A DNA stretch of 64,000 nucleotides from Nitrospirota bacterium (GCA_963699545.1 CAVOUE010000010.1:32001-96000), one strand, 5' to 3'. Numbered from the stretch's first letter, positions 1 to 11,156 are shown. Translations and numbers: made by a program. Notes: generated from the sequence alone by a model not told the origin.

Positions 1-895
1 CAAACTCTTTGATCATCGCCGCCTCCCTTGGGCCTACATACACCGCATTGCTGAGGGTATCGAGCTTCACCACGTAGAGGGGTTCGGGAGAGGAGATACC
101 GAGTCCTTTCCGCTGACCGATGGTGTACGAATGGATACCTTTATGGGTGCCCATGACCGTCCCGCTGTCAACATGAATGAGAGGGCCCGGACCCCGCTCC
201 TCAGGCAGGAGCTTGTCAATGAATCTGCAGTAGTTCTTATCGTCCACAAAGCATATCTCCTGACTCTCGGGTCGCTTTGCCGCAGGGAGGTCCAGCAGCC
301 TCGCGATCTCCCTCACCTCGTCCTTCCTTTTCTCTCCCAGTGGAAGTATGAGACGGCTCAACTCCCCAGGTCTCAGGACATAGAGCACATAGGATTGGTC
401 TTTCTTCGGATCAACGCCTTTTTTTAGTAACATGCGACGAGTGACGAGTGAGGAGTCTCCTATTTCTTGGTCTGACTTGTTACTTGTTACTTGTAACTTG
501 TCACTTCTGTCAACCCGTGCGTAATGCCCTGTGGCTATGAACTCGGCGTTCCTTTCGTCGGCATATTTCATGAGATAAGGGAACTTTATGTGCCGGTTGC
601 AGAGGATGCAGGGATTCGGGGTCACCCCCTTTGCATATGCAGCAATAAAAGGCTCAATGACCTGGACCATGAATTCCTCTCTCAGATCCATGGTCGTATG
701 GGAAACGCCGATTCGCGCCGCGGTCCTTCTGGCGTCATTTATGGATTCTATGGAACAGCAGCCGGAGAAGGTATTCCTGAGTCTCGCCTCATACAGGATG
801 AAACTCAGCCCTTCCACCTCATATCCCTGCTCTTTCAGGAGGTATGCGGTCACCGAGGAGTCGACCCCTCCGCTCATGCCCACGATCACCTTCAT
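1..895 (-). CDS. mnmA: tRNA 2-thiouridine(34) synthase MnmA (3' end runs off the window)
   Basis: Absent from the ORF track; read manually on the minus strand from ATG at 895: MKVIVGMSGGVDSSV, TPNPCILCN, IATGHYAR, KDQSY, YTIGQRKGLG motifs. Confidence 0.95.
   Translation of the reverse strand, partial: MKVIVGMSGGVDSSVTAYLLKEQGYEVEGLSFILYEARLRNTFSGCCSIESINDARRTAARIGVSHTTMDLREEFMVQVIEPFIAAYAKGVTPNPCILCNRHIKFPYLMKYADERNAEFIATGHYARVDRSDKLQVTSNKSDQEIGDSSLVTRRMLLKKGVDPKKDQSYVLYVLRPGELSRLILPLGEKRKDEVREIARLLDLPAAKRPESQEICFVDDKNYCRFIDKLLPEERGPGPLIHVDSGTVMGTHKGIHSYTIGQRKGLGISSPEPLYVVKLDTLSNAVYVGPREAAMIKEF
436..508. repeat. Inverted pair of heptamer tandem arrays inside mnmA
   Basis: GACGAGT-GACGAGT-GAGGAGT (436-456) and GACTTGT-TACTTGT-TACTTGT-AACTTGT-CACTTCT (474-508), roughly reverse-complementary to each other. 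Confidence 0.8.
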
Positions 896-1079
896 GGTGT
901 TTTATAATAACAGAAGTGCTATAATACGGCAGGCGCTAAAAAGAAGTCCGGATTCTCTATTTAGGCAACGCTCCTCACTTTTCCCCGGTCAGTATAAGCG
1001 TGAATTTCGGTGGATTGCACACGCCTCTCCTGAGTGAACTCTGGTGAGGGTTGGGGCTCCGCCATCTTTCAAAGGAGTG

Positions 1080-2201
1080 ATGATGTCAGAATCTGTAGTT
1101 GCGTTGCCTCATCTTACCATTAAGGGGAAGAAAATAGCTGTCCCTATTATACAGGGCGGCATGGGTGTCGGGGTTTCCCTTCACCCCCTTGCGAGCGCTG
1201 TGGCAAGGGAGGGCGGCGTTGGTATTGTATCCAGCGCCTGCCTTGACAGGCTCGTTTCAAAGAGGACCGGGAAGAAATTTACCACCTATGAGGCCACATT
1301 CGATGAGGTCTCTCTTTCGAAGGCTGCCGGAGGGTATGCCGGCATAAACATCATGGTTGCCCTTGTCAGGGACTATGAAAGTTCCGTGAGGGGAGCCATT
1401 GACGCGGGAGCGGACGTTATTATCTCAGGCGCAGGGCTGCCGCTCGGCCTCCCCGCCATTCAGCCTCCTAAAGATACGGCGCTTATCCCCATTGTGTCGT
1501 CCGCAAGGGCGCTGGAGCTCATCTGCAAGAAATGGGGAAAATTGGGGTACCGTCCTGACGCCACGGTGCTTGAAGGCCCCCTGGCAGGCGGCCATCTCGG
1601 CTTCAAGATCGACTCAATAGACCTTGATTCCAATACCCTTGAGCGCCTTTTGCCGCCGGTCAAGGATATGGCGGTAAAATACGGGGATTTCCCTGTCATC
1701 GTCGCCGGCGGGATCTATACGCACGATGATATTGTGCGATTTCTGAAAATGGGTGCTGACGGCGTTCAGATGGGCACAAGGTTTCTTGCTACAGAGGAAT
1801 GCAGCGCTTCGCCGTTGTATAAGCAGGCGGTCATCGATGCTACGGAGGAAGATATTATTGTCGCACATGACCCCGGTTCTCCCTGCGGCCTGCCCTTCAG
1901 GATAATCAAGCAATCTCCCATGTATCTCTCTGCCCTCAAGCGGCTGAGAACACCCAAGTGCGACAAAGGATATGTGCTCTTGAAAGACGTTGAGGGCAAA
2001 TTTTCACGTTGCCCTGCAAAGGAGAGTAACGAACACACGTTCTGTATCTGCAACGGACTGCTCAGCTCCGCTGATTATAACCCGGAAGAAGAGGAACCTC
2101 TTTATACCGTGGGCACCAGCGCGTACAGGGTAGACCGGATCGTGCCGGTCAAAGCTCTCATGGATGAACTTGCAGGGAAAGCGGCCCTGTGCATGCCGTA
2201 A
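1080..2201 (+). CDS. Nitronate monooxygenase/FabK-family flavoprotein, FabX-like
   Basis: PIIQGGMGVG, GAGLP, EGPLAGGH, AGGI, GVQMGTRF motifs; Cys-rich C-terminus; RBS AAAGGAG before ATG 1080/1083. Confidence 0.85.
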   Translation: MMSESVVALPHLTIKGKKIAVPIIQGGMGVGVSLHPLASAVAREGGVGIVSSACLDRLVSKRTGKKFTTYEATFDEVSLSKAAGGYAGINIMVALVRDYESSVRGAIDAGADVIISGAGLPLGLPAIQPPKDTALIPIVSSARALELICKKWGKLGYRPDATVLEGPLAGGHLGFKIDSIDLDSNTLERLLPPVKDMAVKYGDFPVIVAGGIYTHDDIVRFLKMGADGVQMGTRFLATEECSASPLYKQAVIDATEEDIIVAHDPGSPCGLPFRIIKQSPMYLSALKRLRTPKCDKGYVLLKDVEGKFSRCPAKESNEHTFCICNGLLSSADYNPEEEEPLYTVGTSAYRVDRIVPVKALMDELAGKAALCMP

Positions 2202-2252
2202 CCCGGTTCTTTATCCGTACCCTCCCCCGCCTGACTTAAGGTATAATCTCTC

Positions 2253-4896
2253 ATGAATCTCTACCTCATCGACGGAAATTCATATGTCTATCGAGCCTTT
2301 TACGCCATAAAGAGTCTCGCCAATTCCAAAGGGTTTCCGACCAACGCCATTTACGGGTTCACCAATATGCTCCTCAAGATCATGAGAGAAAAAAAACCGG
2401 ATGGCATCGTTGTCTCCTTTGATTCCCCCGCCCCCACCGAAAGACACAGGATGTTTGAGGCATACAAGGCTCAGAGGCCGGAGACACCAGGAGAATTGGT
2501 ACTGCAGCTTCCCCACATCAGGAAGATGATCACTGCCTTTAATATAAAGATCTTCGAGGTTCCGGGGTATGAGGCGGATGATCTGCTCTGCACCATCGCA
2601 AAAAAGGCTACTGAGAAAGGAGCGAACGTCTTTATCGTGACCAGTGACAAGGACATGCTCCAGATCGTGGATGAGAGAATAAAGATATATGACCCGGTGA
2701 AAGACAGGGTGCTGGATGAGGAATATGTGAAAGAGAAATTCGGTGTCGGCCCCGAACGGGTAACCGAGTTCATGGCCCTGACTGGGGACGCCGTTGACAA
2801 CATCCCTGGGGTGAAGGGGATCGGCGAAAAGACGGCAAAGGAGCTGCTCCTGAACTTCAGGGACCTGGACGAGCTCCTGGATCATCCGGAGAAGATAAAG
2901 AAGGAGAGGCTCAGGACCCTCATTGCCGGGAACATTGAAATGGTCCGATTAAGCAAACAGCTTGCAACCGTAGACACTTCAGTGCCCATCGAAGTTGATG
3001 TGAATGACTTTGCGGTCGGCGAGCCTGACTGGCCTGCGTTGCTTACCCTCTTCCGCCAGTTCGAGTTCGGGAGTCTGCTGAAAATGATCCCCTCGGCAAA
3101 GAGCGCGAGGTGCTATGAGACGGTGCTGTCCATGGAGAAATTCGGAAATCTCCTGTCATCCATCAACAGCGCCTTTGCATTTGATATCGAGGCAACAGGG
3201 CGGGACCCCCTGCGGGACAGCATTGTGGGTCTCGCCATCAGCCGTGAAAAGGGGAACGCGTACTACATACCCTTCGGCCACTCTTACGGGCATGCTCCTG
3301 AACAGGTAGATAAAAGAGAGGCCCTGACACTGGCATCAGGGATATTCGGGAACGCTGATATACCGAAGGTCGGACATAACCTGAAATACGCCATCGCGGT
3401 GCTGAGACGGGAAGGGATCGAAGTCAGGGGGAAACTGTATGACGCGATGCTTGCGTCTTACCTCATCAACCCGAACAAACCTGACCACAGCCTTGGTGAT
3501 GTTCTCCTTCGAATATCTTTCGTACCGTAAAAAAACGTTCCAGGAAATCCTCGGGAAAAGGGGTTCGTTCTCCGGGGTTCCCGTGGAAGAGGCCACCGCT
3601 TATGCCGCCGAGGATGCCGCGCTGGCGCTGGAATTGAAAGATATCCTCTTTGAGAAGCTCAAGGAGCAAGGGCTTGACGGGCTCTATTTCGAGATCGAGA
3701 TGCCACTCATCCGTGTCCTGATGGAGATGGAAGAAGCAGGCTTCATGGTGGACGTGGAGAAGCTGAATGATATGTCCGGGGAGCTTTCACGGGAGATGGA
3801 CTCCATCCAGAGGAGGATCTATTTCCTTGCGGGGGAGGAATTCAATATCAATTCACCGAAACAGTTGAGCAAGGTACTGTTCCACAGCCTCGGACTGAAG
3901 CCGGGGAAAAAGACGAAGACCGGATATTCCACCGAGGTGGGCGTACTGGAGGAACTGGCCCTGACCCATGAACTTCCAAAAGAGATACTGGATTACCGGA
4001 GCCTGAGCAAACTGAAATCCACGTATACCGATGTATTGCCGAACCTCATCCATCCTGTGAGCGGGCGCATACACACTTCATTTAACCAGACGGTTACCGC
4101 CACCGGCAGGTTGAGCAGCAGTGAACCGAACCTCCAGAATATCCCCATACGGGGCGAATGGGGAAGACGCATCAGGGAGACCTTCATTGCGGAGGGAGAC
4201 AACCTGATCCTCTCCGCGGATTACTCCCAGATCGAACTGAGGATCCTTGCCCATCTCAGCCGGGATCAGGGGCTCATCAACGCATTTACCACGGGTGTGG
4301 ATGTCCATACAAGAACCGCCTCCGAACTATTCGGCGCAGCCTTTGAAAAGGTCACTCCGGCAATGAGAAGAGTTGCGAAGACCGTGAATTTTGGGGTTAT
4401 ATACGGCATCTCGCCCTTCGGCCTCTCAGAGGCACTGAACATCACCCCGGCCGAGGCAAAGAAGTACATTGACGGATATTTCGAGGGTCACCCCGGAGTG
4501 AAAGCGTATATAGAACAAACCCTGAAGGAAGCCAGGGAAAAGGGTCATGTGACTACCATGTTCAACAGGAAGAGGAACGTGCCCGAGATACAGAGCCAGA
4601 ACTCAAATACACGATCTCTGGGAGAAAGGCTCGCGGTAAACTCGCCCGTTCAGGGCACAGCCGCCGACATTATCAAGATCGCCATGATACACATAAAGGA
4701 CAGTTTTCATACCAGGGGACTCAGGTCAAGAATGATACTCCAGGTGCATGATGAACTCGTCTTTGAACTGCCTGAGGACGAACTGGATGAGGCCGGAGGG
4801 ATAGTGAAAGAGAAGATGGAAAATGTAGTGGATCTATCTGTCCCGCTGAAGGTCGAGATCGGCTACGGCAGAAACTGGGCCGAGGCCCACGGTTGA
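2253..4896 (+). CDS. polA: DNA polymerase I (one frameshift near 3500)
   Basis: 5'-3' exonuclease (LIDGNSYVYRAFYA, GYEADD) in ORF 2253-3530; polymerase motifs (TGRLSSSEPNLQNIP, ADYSQIELR, QVHDELV) in ORF 3439-4896. Confidence 0.95.
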
Positions 4897-4913
4897 CCCC
4901 ACTTCAACTATTT

Positions 4914-5338
4914 CTATTCCCAGCTTGTAACGTCCTTGTCCTCTTTGTCTCCCCGGGAGCGCCATCTCGGCCATAGGAAAAGAGGTCGTATTCGCCGTGG
5001 GTGCCGGGTGACTGATACTGGTAAGGCCTGCCCCACGGGTCGAGAATCTGCTTCTTCTTGGCGTACGGTCCGTTCCATTGCTCTATGCCGGGACTGTCCA
5101 CAAGTGCGTCCAGGCCTTCCTGCGTCGTTGGGTATCTGTCGATATCCAACCTGAACCTGTCCAAGGCCTGGCCAAGAAGTTCGACCTGGGCCTTTGCCGC
5201 GTCCTGTTTGGCTTTACCGAGTTGAGGAAAAAGCTTGGGACCTACAAGAGCGGCGAGGAGTCCTATAATGACCATGACCACGAGGAGTTCCACCAAGGTG
5301 AAACCCCTTCTGTCTGATACGCGCGATCTTCTCTGCAT
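4914..5338 (-). CDS. gspG: Type II secretion major pseudopilin GspG (frameshift near the C-terminus)
   Basis: Prepilin GFTLVELLVV, DPWGRPYQY, YDLFSYGRDG; correcting one base gives a typical ...EDKDVTSWE* end. Confidence 0.9.
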
Positions 5339-5417
5339 TGTTCTCTCCTGTATTGACACTAATGTGTGGTTTCTTTAAGCTACCAATAAATCAAGGATAA
5401 GTCAATACGGAGGCCTC

Positions 5418-5852
5418 ATGAAATATCAGGTGGGAAAGACCGGAAGGATCATAGTGGCGCGGTTCGAAGACAGAGAAGATGTCCTCGGCAACCTTGCGGA
5501 CATCGTCAAAAAAGAGAATATCAGGGCTGCCGCATTCTATCTCGTGGGAGGCATGCGCGAGGCGAGGATCGTCGTCGGTCCGGAAAAAGATGTGATGCCC
5601 CCTGTCCCGGTATGGAGAGAACTGGGGGAAAGCCATGAAGTGACCGGTTTCGGGACCATCTTCTATCAGGGCGATGAGCCAAAGGTGCATTTCCACGGGG
5701 CCTTCGGCAAGAAGGATATGGTAAAGGTCGGCTGCATGAGGGAAAAGACGGAGACGTTCCTCGTGCTCGAGGCGGTGATCATCGAGTTGGACGGGATTAC
5801 TGCGGTCCGGGAATTGGATCCGGTGTCCGGATTGACGCTTCTGAAATTGTAG
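5418..5852 (+). CDS. PPC/DUF296 domain protein
   Basis: GFGTI and VHFHGAFG (HxH) motifs; 144 aa; RBS GGAGG. Confidence 0.8.
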   Translation: MKYQVGKTGRIIVARFEDREDVLGNLADIVKKENIRAAAFYLVGGMREARIVVGPEKDVMPPVPVWRELGESHEVTGFGTIFYQGDEPKVHFHGAFGKKDMVKVGCMREKTETFLVLEAVIIELDGITAVRELDPVSGLTLLKL

Positions 5853-6045
5853 GCATTTCCCAAACCAAACGCGGGGCGGGCAGAAGAAGAATTTTTGTAC
5901 GACACCTTATAAAAAAGACCTGTTGAGAAAGCGAGAGAAAGCCATAATCTTATACAGAAGAAGCTATGCCATATTAATATTATGTCGATTAGAAAAATTC
6001 TGAGGCTGGCTGTCCCGCGTGGTTTCTTTTGATGGGAGGTTCACT

Positions 6046-6558
6046 ATGGAAACCTTAAAGGCGGTTAAAGAGAGAAGGAGCATCAGGAGTTTTCAGAAAA
6101 AGGATATCCCCCGTAACCTCGTTGACAAACTCGTTGACGCATTGATCTGGGCGCCCAGCGCAGGCAACCTGCAGGCGAGGAAGTTCTATTTTATAGAGGA
6201 TGAGAAACTAAAAAGGGAAATCGTCCCAGCAGCCCTCGGGCAGGGCTTCATTGCGGAAGCACCCCTCGTGATCATTGCCTGCACGGACAACATGATCTCC
6301 GGCAGATATGGCGACAGGGGAGTGAACCTCTACTCGATACAGGATGTTGCAGCCAGCATCATGGGGATGATGCTCGTGGCACATGAAAACGGCCTTGGCA
6401 CGGTCTGGGTCGGAGCGTTCAGGGAAGACATGGTTATCGAGCTCCTTGATCTGCCCCACAACCTCAGGCCCGTTGCCATGGTCCCTGTGGGATACCCGGC
6501 ACGCATACCCTCGCCTCCGCAAAGGGTCTCACGACAGTCAGCGGTGGAGTTCAGGTAG
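6046..6558 (+). CDS. Nitroreductase family protein
   Basis: RRSIRSF, APSAGNLQ, GLGTVWVG motifs. Confidence 0.9.
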   Translation: METLKAVKERRSIRSFQKKDIPRNLVDKLVDALIWAPSAGNLQARKFYFIEDEKLKREIVPAALGQGFIAEAPLVIIACTDNMISGRYGDRGVNLYSIQDVAASIMGMMLVAHENGLGTVWVGAFREDMVIELLDLPHNLRPVAMVPVGYPARIPSPPQRVSRQSAVEFR

Positions 6559-6621
6559 AGAGTAGGAATCATCTCTTTCTGGAAAAGAAAAGCCTCACGG
6601 GCCTTTTGTGCCCCGTTTTTC

Positions 6622-6650
6622 TTGACATGACACCCCCCGCCTTCTATAAT
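6622..6650 (+). promoter_or_regulatory. Consensus sigma70 promoter
   Basis: TTGACA (6622-6627), 17-bp spacer, TATAAT (6645-6650), upstream of the ORF at 6714. Confidence 0.8.
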
Positions 6651-6713
6651 CTGCACATAATGTGGAATACGCACAAAAAAATGTTGCATTACAGATAGAA
6701 GGAGAAGACGAAC

Positions 6714-7136
6714 ATGACCAAAAATGAAATATTTGGATTCCTGAATGCCAATCCCGTCTTCCATTTGGCAACGGTGGAGGGCAACAGACCCCATGTCAGA
6801 GGTATGTTGCTGTATCGGGCGGATGAAAACGGCCTGATATTCCACACAGGAAAGATGAAGGATATCCACAGGCAATTGACCGGAAATCCGCATGTGGAAC
6901 TGTGTTTTAACAACGGCAACTTCGAAGATCTTGTCCAAATACGGGTCAGCGGAACGGCAGAACTTGTGGAAGACCTCGAACTGAAGAAAGAGATAGTGCA
7001 GCAGCGTGAATTCCTGAAACCGTGGGTGGAGCAGAACGGATATGAACCGCTCGCGGTATACCGGATAAGCAAGGGTAAAGCCACGGCCTGGACCATGAAG
7101 GCCAATCTTGCACCGAAGGAGTTCACGGAGTTATAA
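6714..7136 (+). CDS. Pyridoxamine 5'-phosphate oxidase-like FMN-binding protein
   Basis: LATVEGNRPHVR, FHTG, NPHVELCF pattern. Confidence 0.85.
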   Translation: MTKNEIFGFLNANPVFHLATVEGNRPHVRGMLLYRADENGLIFHTGKMKDIHRQLTGNPHVELCFNNGNFEDLVQIRVSGTAELVEDLELKKEIVQQREFLKPWVEQNGYEPLAVYRISKGKATAWTMKANLAPKEFTEL

Positions 7137-7201
7137 CTGTTTGACTATGTCGTTGCGAGGAACGCAAGAATGATGACCGTAACCGGCATGGCAGCGAATT
7201 G

Positions 7202-8140
7202 TCAAATACGGGTCGTTGATAAAAGCTCCAGTGTCCTCTTCATATCCTCCGGCAACGGACTCGAAAACTCCATATACTCACCGGTTCCGGGATGCCTGAA
7301 ACCCAGCATTTCCGCATGGAGCATCTGGCGCGGCAGGGACACCTTTTTCTTTCCAATCTCCAGTTCTGTCTTCCTGCCGTAGGTCTTATCCCCGAGCACA
7401 GGATACCCTATGGAAGAGAAATGAACCCTGATCTGGTGGGTCCTCCCCGTGCCCAGGTGCACCTCCAGCAGCGTGGCGATGCCCAGTCGTTCAAGGACCT
7501 TCCACCTTGTGACCGCCTCTTTCCCTTTCCTCACCCTTGTTGACATCTTCTTCCTGTCCGACCCTGAGCGGCCTATGGGAAGAACAATTTCACCCGTATC
7601 CGCCTTGATATTCCCGTAGACCAGAGTGATGTACCTTCTTCTTATCGTCCGGCGCCTGAACTGTTCCACAAGATCATAGTATGCGCTGTCCGCAGCAGCA
7701 ACGACCATGACCCCTGAGGTATCCTTGTCAAGCCTGTGCACCACCCCAGGCCTGAGAGGACCGCCAATGGAAGCAAGCCTTCCGTAATGGTGCGCAAGGG
7801 CGTTCATCAGTGTGCCATGTCCGTGGCCGGCAGCAGGATACACCACCATGCCCGGAGGCTTGTTCACTACAACGACATATTCATCCTGATAGAGTATTTC
7901 GAGAGGTATCGGCTCAGGGGTCAGTTCCCCGGCCTCTTCTGCGGGAATGTCCAGACTGATGCGGTCGGATGCCTTCAGCCGGTAGTTCCGGCTCTCCGGG
8001 ATTCCGTTCACCAGCACGGCACATCGGTCTATAAGCTTCTGTATCCGCGACCGCGTTATCCCGGTCTTCACCGCAAGAAACGTGTCGATCCTCTGTCCCG
8101 CTTCAGATATATCGATAATGATATCCTTATCTCTGTTCAT
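7202..8140 (-). CDS. rluD: RluA-family pseudouridine synthase RluD
   Basis: S4 domain, NKPPGMVV, VHRLDKDTSG, TGRTHQIRVH, GDKTYG, QMLHA. Confidence 0.9.
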   Translation of the reverse strand: MNRDKDIIIDISEAGQRIDTFLAVKTGITRSRIQKLIDRCAVLVNGIPESRNYRLKASDRISLDIPAEEAGELTPEPIPLEILYQDEYVVVVNKPPGMVVYPAAGHGHGTLMNALAHHYGRLASIGGPLRPGVVHRLDKDTSGVMVVAAADSAYYDLVEQFRRRTIRRRYITLVYGNIKADTGEIVLPIGRSGSDRKKMSTRVRKGKEAVTRWKVLERLGIATLLEVHLGTGRTHQIRVHFSSIGYPVLGDKTYGRKTELEIGKKKVSLPRQMLHAEMLGFRHPGTGEYMEFSSPLPEDMKRTLELLSTTRI

Positions 8141-8319
8141 TCTCCCCGGCCCACGTATCCATACATCTGTTTCCGGCATGAGGTTTGTGAATGATCGCCT
8201 TGCTTAGCCCAACCTAACGTCATGTTTTCACAACCATTATACCTCATTGCCGCATATGGATCATTCTGTCAGGGCGAAGTCCTTTTGTAACCGGAGCGGT
8301 TATGTTAAAATAGTGCAGT

Positions 8320-9775
8320 ATGGCTGACGGTATCACCATACATATCCTTGGTGATTATGGTCCTTTCTCGAGGATGGGGAAGAGCATCGGGTACCAGGTC
8401 ACCATAGGTCGGTCCAGGTTCCTCGTCGACTGCGGCGCCCCCCTCTTCCAGCAGATCGGCGGCCACGGACTCAAGGGAATAAAAGGCCTGATCATCACCC
8501 ATTGCCACGATGACCACAAGAGATGGTTCAGCGACCTTACCCTGTTCAATATGTACGCCCTTGACATCTCCGGCCGGGTGTGTCTCCTCACCTCAGAGGA
8601 CGTTCACGATGAACTGATAAAGGCGTCAGGTCCCGCCCTGGAAAAAAGCCTTTCCGAGGATTCAAAGAGGATCGTGGATATCCCCTATGAAAACTATATC
8701 GATTACCGCGTGTTGGGTCCCCGGGCCCGTTACCGGATCGTTAAAAAGGATGAAGGCAACGGAAAGACATCCCTTGGTATCGCCGGCAGGAATGGTGCTC
8801 CCGTCGGTCCTGAGCGTGCAAAGATCGTGATCAATGAACAGACAAAGAGGCCGAGGATGTTGTTTAAGGACCCTCAGTATGGCGAGTGGATCGAACCTGA
8901 AAGCTTCTATCCCTTTTCCTCCACCGTATTCTATGAAGAGAACAGGAATACACACATCGAAGAGGAAGAGTTCACCATTGATGCGATCAAGGCCCCCGTG
9001 TGGCATGGCATTCCGGGGATCGGCGTCGTTGTCAGGACAAAAGAGGAGACCCCTCGTCTTCAGTTCAGACACCGCACACAATACTGAACTCTGGAAACAG
9101 CTTTCCGGCGAAAAAAAAGCCCAGCGCCTCGCCATATCAAGAAAAGAATTTGAATCCTCCTCCGTTCTCTGCGGCGATATCAACGATTACGTGGAGAGGA
9201 TGTGGAGCGAGGAACGGTACCGGGAGGCGGTGAACGCCTTTAACAATGCCGTGGTTGTCCATGATATCTCTGTGGGGAACAGCATTGTCCATACGAACTA
9301 TGAGAACCTCGATAAGACATCCCTGAAAAAAGACCGGGTCATGCTCACCCATGGTCCTGACAAGATGACCTCGGAATGGATCCTGTGCAGGGCCGAGAAG
9401 ACCTTCAAGGTCAAGGGGAACAGGTTTTTCGAAGTGGTAGGGGACAGCCTCTATCCGATGAATGCCGACGTGTACCATAAGGAAGCGGGGAGGTATTATG
9501 TCGGGTACGAGAACCGGAAAGGCCGATACGCAGTGTACGAAAAGGCAGGCCGTCTGAGCCTCTCTTCAGAGGAGAGATTCGACCCCGGCGCCGCAGGGAA
9601 GCTCCTTTATCATGTGGACCTGTATGAGGATATATCGGGCAGGTACTTCCCGAAGATAGAAGACGGGAATACTGTGTATCTTGAGCGGAAAGACGGGAAA
9701 GTCGAGCTCGTCAAGTTCACTGACAAAGGGTCGAGGGGACGCGTTGTGGAGGACCAGAGGGACCGGCTCAGGTGA
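8320..9775 (+). CDS. Metallo-beta-lactamase-fold hydrolase of unknown function (frameshift near 9050)
   Basis: LVDCG, THCHDDH (HxHxDH), WHG, then FSSDT, HT and THG in the second frame; ORFs 8320-9087 and 8834-9775 join. Confidence 0.7.
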
Positions 9776-9793
9776 AGACTGCCCGATAAGGAT

Positions 9794-10459
9794 ATGCCTG
9801 ACAGGTCGATAGTGCTCTTCATAAAGTCCCCTGGACCGGGGAAGGTAAAATCCCGCCTCGCTTCCGCCATAGGCGAGGAACGTGCGCTGGATATCTATAG
9901 GGCCTTCGTTCTCGACATCGTCGGCGCGCTGAAGAAGGGAAACCGCCCCATCACCATCGCCTTTTATTCTGAGGATGCCGGAGCTGTAGTCGACTGGCTT
10001 GGAAAAGATCTCGTCTATATCGCTCAGAAGGGAACAGACCTCGGAGCAAGGATGAGGAATGCCTTCCATGACGTTTTCTCACATGGCCATGAGAAAGCGG
10101 TCCTTATAGGGAGCGATATCCCGGATCTTCCTCCCGAGATCATTGATGAAGCGTTCTCCGCGCTGGAGAAAAAAGACGCGGTCATCGGACCTGCCTCTGA
10201 TGGAGGTTACTTTCTGATAGGTTTTAAAGAAACCACGTTCCTTCCGGATATATTCCATGGGATCGCCTGGAGCACTGATTCCGTATACAGGGAAACCATG
10301 AAGGCATTCGAAAGGGCAGGACACCATGTCCATATCCTGCCGAAATGGAAGGACGTGGATACCCTTGATGACCTGCGGTCTCTCTACCTGAGGAACAGGG
10401 ACACCAGCTTCAGGGATTCCCTTACCATGTCAGCCTGCAAAAAGGTATTTCATGACTAA
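9794..10459 (+). CDS. TIGR04282/DUF2064 arsenosugar-biosynthesis-associated glycosyltransferase
   Basis: PGKVKSRL, QKGTDLGARM, IGSDIPDL, GPASDGGYFLIG, DVDTLDDL. Confidence 0.85.
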   Translation: MPDRSIVLFIKSPGPGKVKSRLASAIGEERALDIYRAFVLDIVGALKKGNRPITIAFYSEDAGAVVDWLGKDLVYIAQKGTDLGARMRNAFHDVFSHGHEKAVLIGSDIPDLPPEIIDEAFSALEKKDAVIGPASDGGYFLIGFKETTFLPDIFHGIAWSTDSVYRETMKAFERAGHHVHILPKWKDVDTLDDLRSLYLRNRDTSFRDSLTMSACKKVFHD

Positions 10460-11156
10460 GAACACCATCAATAAGATAATCATTGTTGTCATTATCCTCG
10501 CCCTGATAGCGGTCTTTAAGATCTTCAGCCTGCAGGACTATCTCAGCCTCTCCTATCTGAAGGAATCACGCGAGAGATTCATACTTCTGTACGCCGGACA
10601 CCGGGCATCTGTGATCGCCGCTTACATGGTCATTTATATCGTTGTGACCACGCTGTCCCTGCCCGGTGCGGTCATCATGACCCTTGCTGGGGGAGCGCTT
10701 TTCGGGCTCTGGACGGGAGCCATTGTCGTCTCTTTTGCCAGCACCATTGGGGGAACTATGGCCTGCTTCGTCTCGCGGTTCATATTGAGAGACTGGGTTC
10801 AGAAAAGGCTTGGGGACAAGCTCAGAGCAGTAAACGAGGGCATAGAGAAGGAGGGTCCTTTCTATCTCTTCACACTCCGGCTGATCCCGGTCTTCCCGTT
10901 CTGGCTCACTAACCTGCTTATGGGACTCACGGAGATGCCGTTGCGGACCTTCTACTGGATCTCGCAGATCGGGATGTTTCCTGCCACCATCGTCTATGTG
11001 AATGCAGGGAAGGAACTGGCGCAAATAGATTCCCTTTCCGGAATTCTCTCCCCTGGTCTGATCCTTTCCTTTGTTCTTCTCGGGGTATTTCCCATAGCCG
11101 CCAGGAAACTCGTGGCATGGTACAAATCCAGGAAGGATACGTCCGCAAAGGACTGA
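10452..11156 (+). CDS. TVP38/TMEM64 (DedA/SNARE-associated) membrane protein
   Basis: LSLPGA, GALFG, LRLIPVFPF; hydrophobic; overlaps the previous stop. Confidence 0.9.
   Translation: MTKNTINKIIIVVIILALIAVFKIFSLQDYLSLSYLKESRERFILLYAGHRASVIAAYMVIYIVVTTLSLPGAVIMTLAGGALFGLWTGAIVVSFASTIGGTMACFVSRFILRDWVQKRLGDKLRAVNEGIEKEGPFYLFTLRLIPVFPFWLTNLLMGLTEMPLRTFYWISQIGMFPATIVYVNAGKELAQIDSLSGILSPGLILSFVLLGVFPIAARKLVAWYKSRKDTSAKD

Noticed and set aside
67-1037. ORF-track frames overlapping mnmA, and similar antisense ORFs throughout
   Set aside because: Shadow ORFs of recognisable genes, with no motifs of their own.
3490-3540. Programmed frameshift or split polA
   Set aside because: One of many similar indels across the window; sequencing error is the simpler explanation.
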